64,000 nt of DNA from an uncultured Acidobacteriota bacterium (GTDB lineage Bacteria > Acidobacteriota > Blastocatellia > RBC074). A model generated the notes under the pieces. That model had not been told where the DNA came from and made no database searches. It was given only the letters and a program-made list of their open reading frames with translations. Location: assembly GCA_963796275.1 (NCBI GenBank), contig CAWCKY010000003.1:32001-96000 (forward strand), written 5' to 3'. Shown one piece after another: positions 62,287 through 64,000 of this stretch (positions are counted from its first letter, which is position 1; each line of letters opens with the position of its first letter). Position numbers and translations under genes: made by a program.

Positions 62287-62412
62287 CGTTTACAACCTAA
62301 CAACCTGATTTGAGTTTGGCAAGCGGCAGGTCACTGCTGCGAGCGGGGCTTATTTGCCAAATTACACCACATAGTTAAAATAGCGTTTTCTCTGGCAAAG
62401 GAAAAGGAACGC

Positions 62413-64000
<1,588 letters not shown>

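Overview
Bases 1-46946 are the right-hand part of an integrative conjugative element (ICE) inserted at the 3' end of a tRNA-Arg(ACG) gene (46947-47020, minus strand). I did not find its left att site, so it probably lies upstream of the window. The host is probably an Acidobacteriota, inferred from an ADOP permease-PadR pair, an Oar-like TonB receptor and heptamer-containing intergenic palindromes. The ICE carries (i) a defence/leading-type region: trypsin-like protease + Schlafen/AlbA_2 pair, a DdrB-like ssDNA protein, a MerR-PIN TA pair, a 2157-aa Avs3a-like STAND nuclease and ssb; (ii) a tyrosine-recombinase/TnpC-like remnant and ADOP cargo; (iii) a divergent T4SS with a ~1800-aa relaxase, VirD4, VirB1/2/3/4/5/6/8/9/10-like genes, a MoxR AAA+ ATPase and two pseudopilin-like proteins; (iv) xis and int. 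A small AT-rich islet follows the tRNA (47.1-49.4 kb), then ordinary chromosomal genes to a truncated metG. Most notable: an integron attC site with canonical architecture sits directly behind the Avs3a gene, which suggests a ~7 kb anti-phage cassette with no integron integrase in view. Sigma54-like -24/-12 boxes precede four conjugation genes or operons, and the ICE carries a DdrB homologue. Several tra genes are broken by single-base indels that may be long-read errors. All assignments come from motif recognition by eye; no searches were run.
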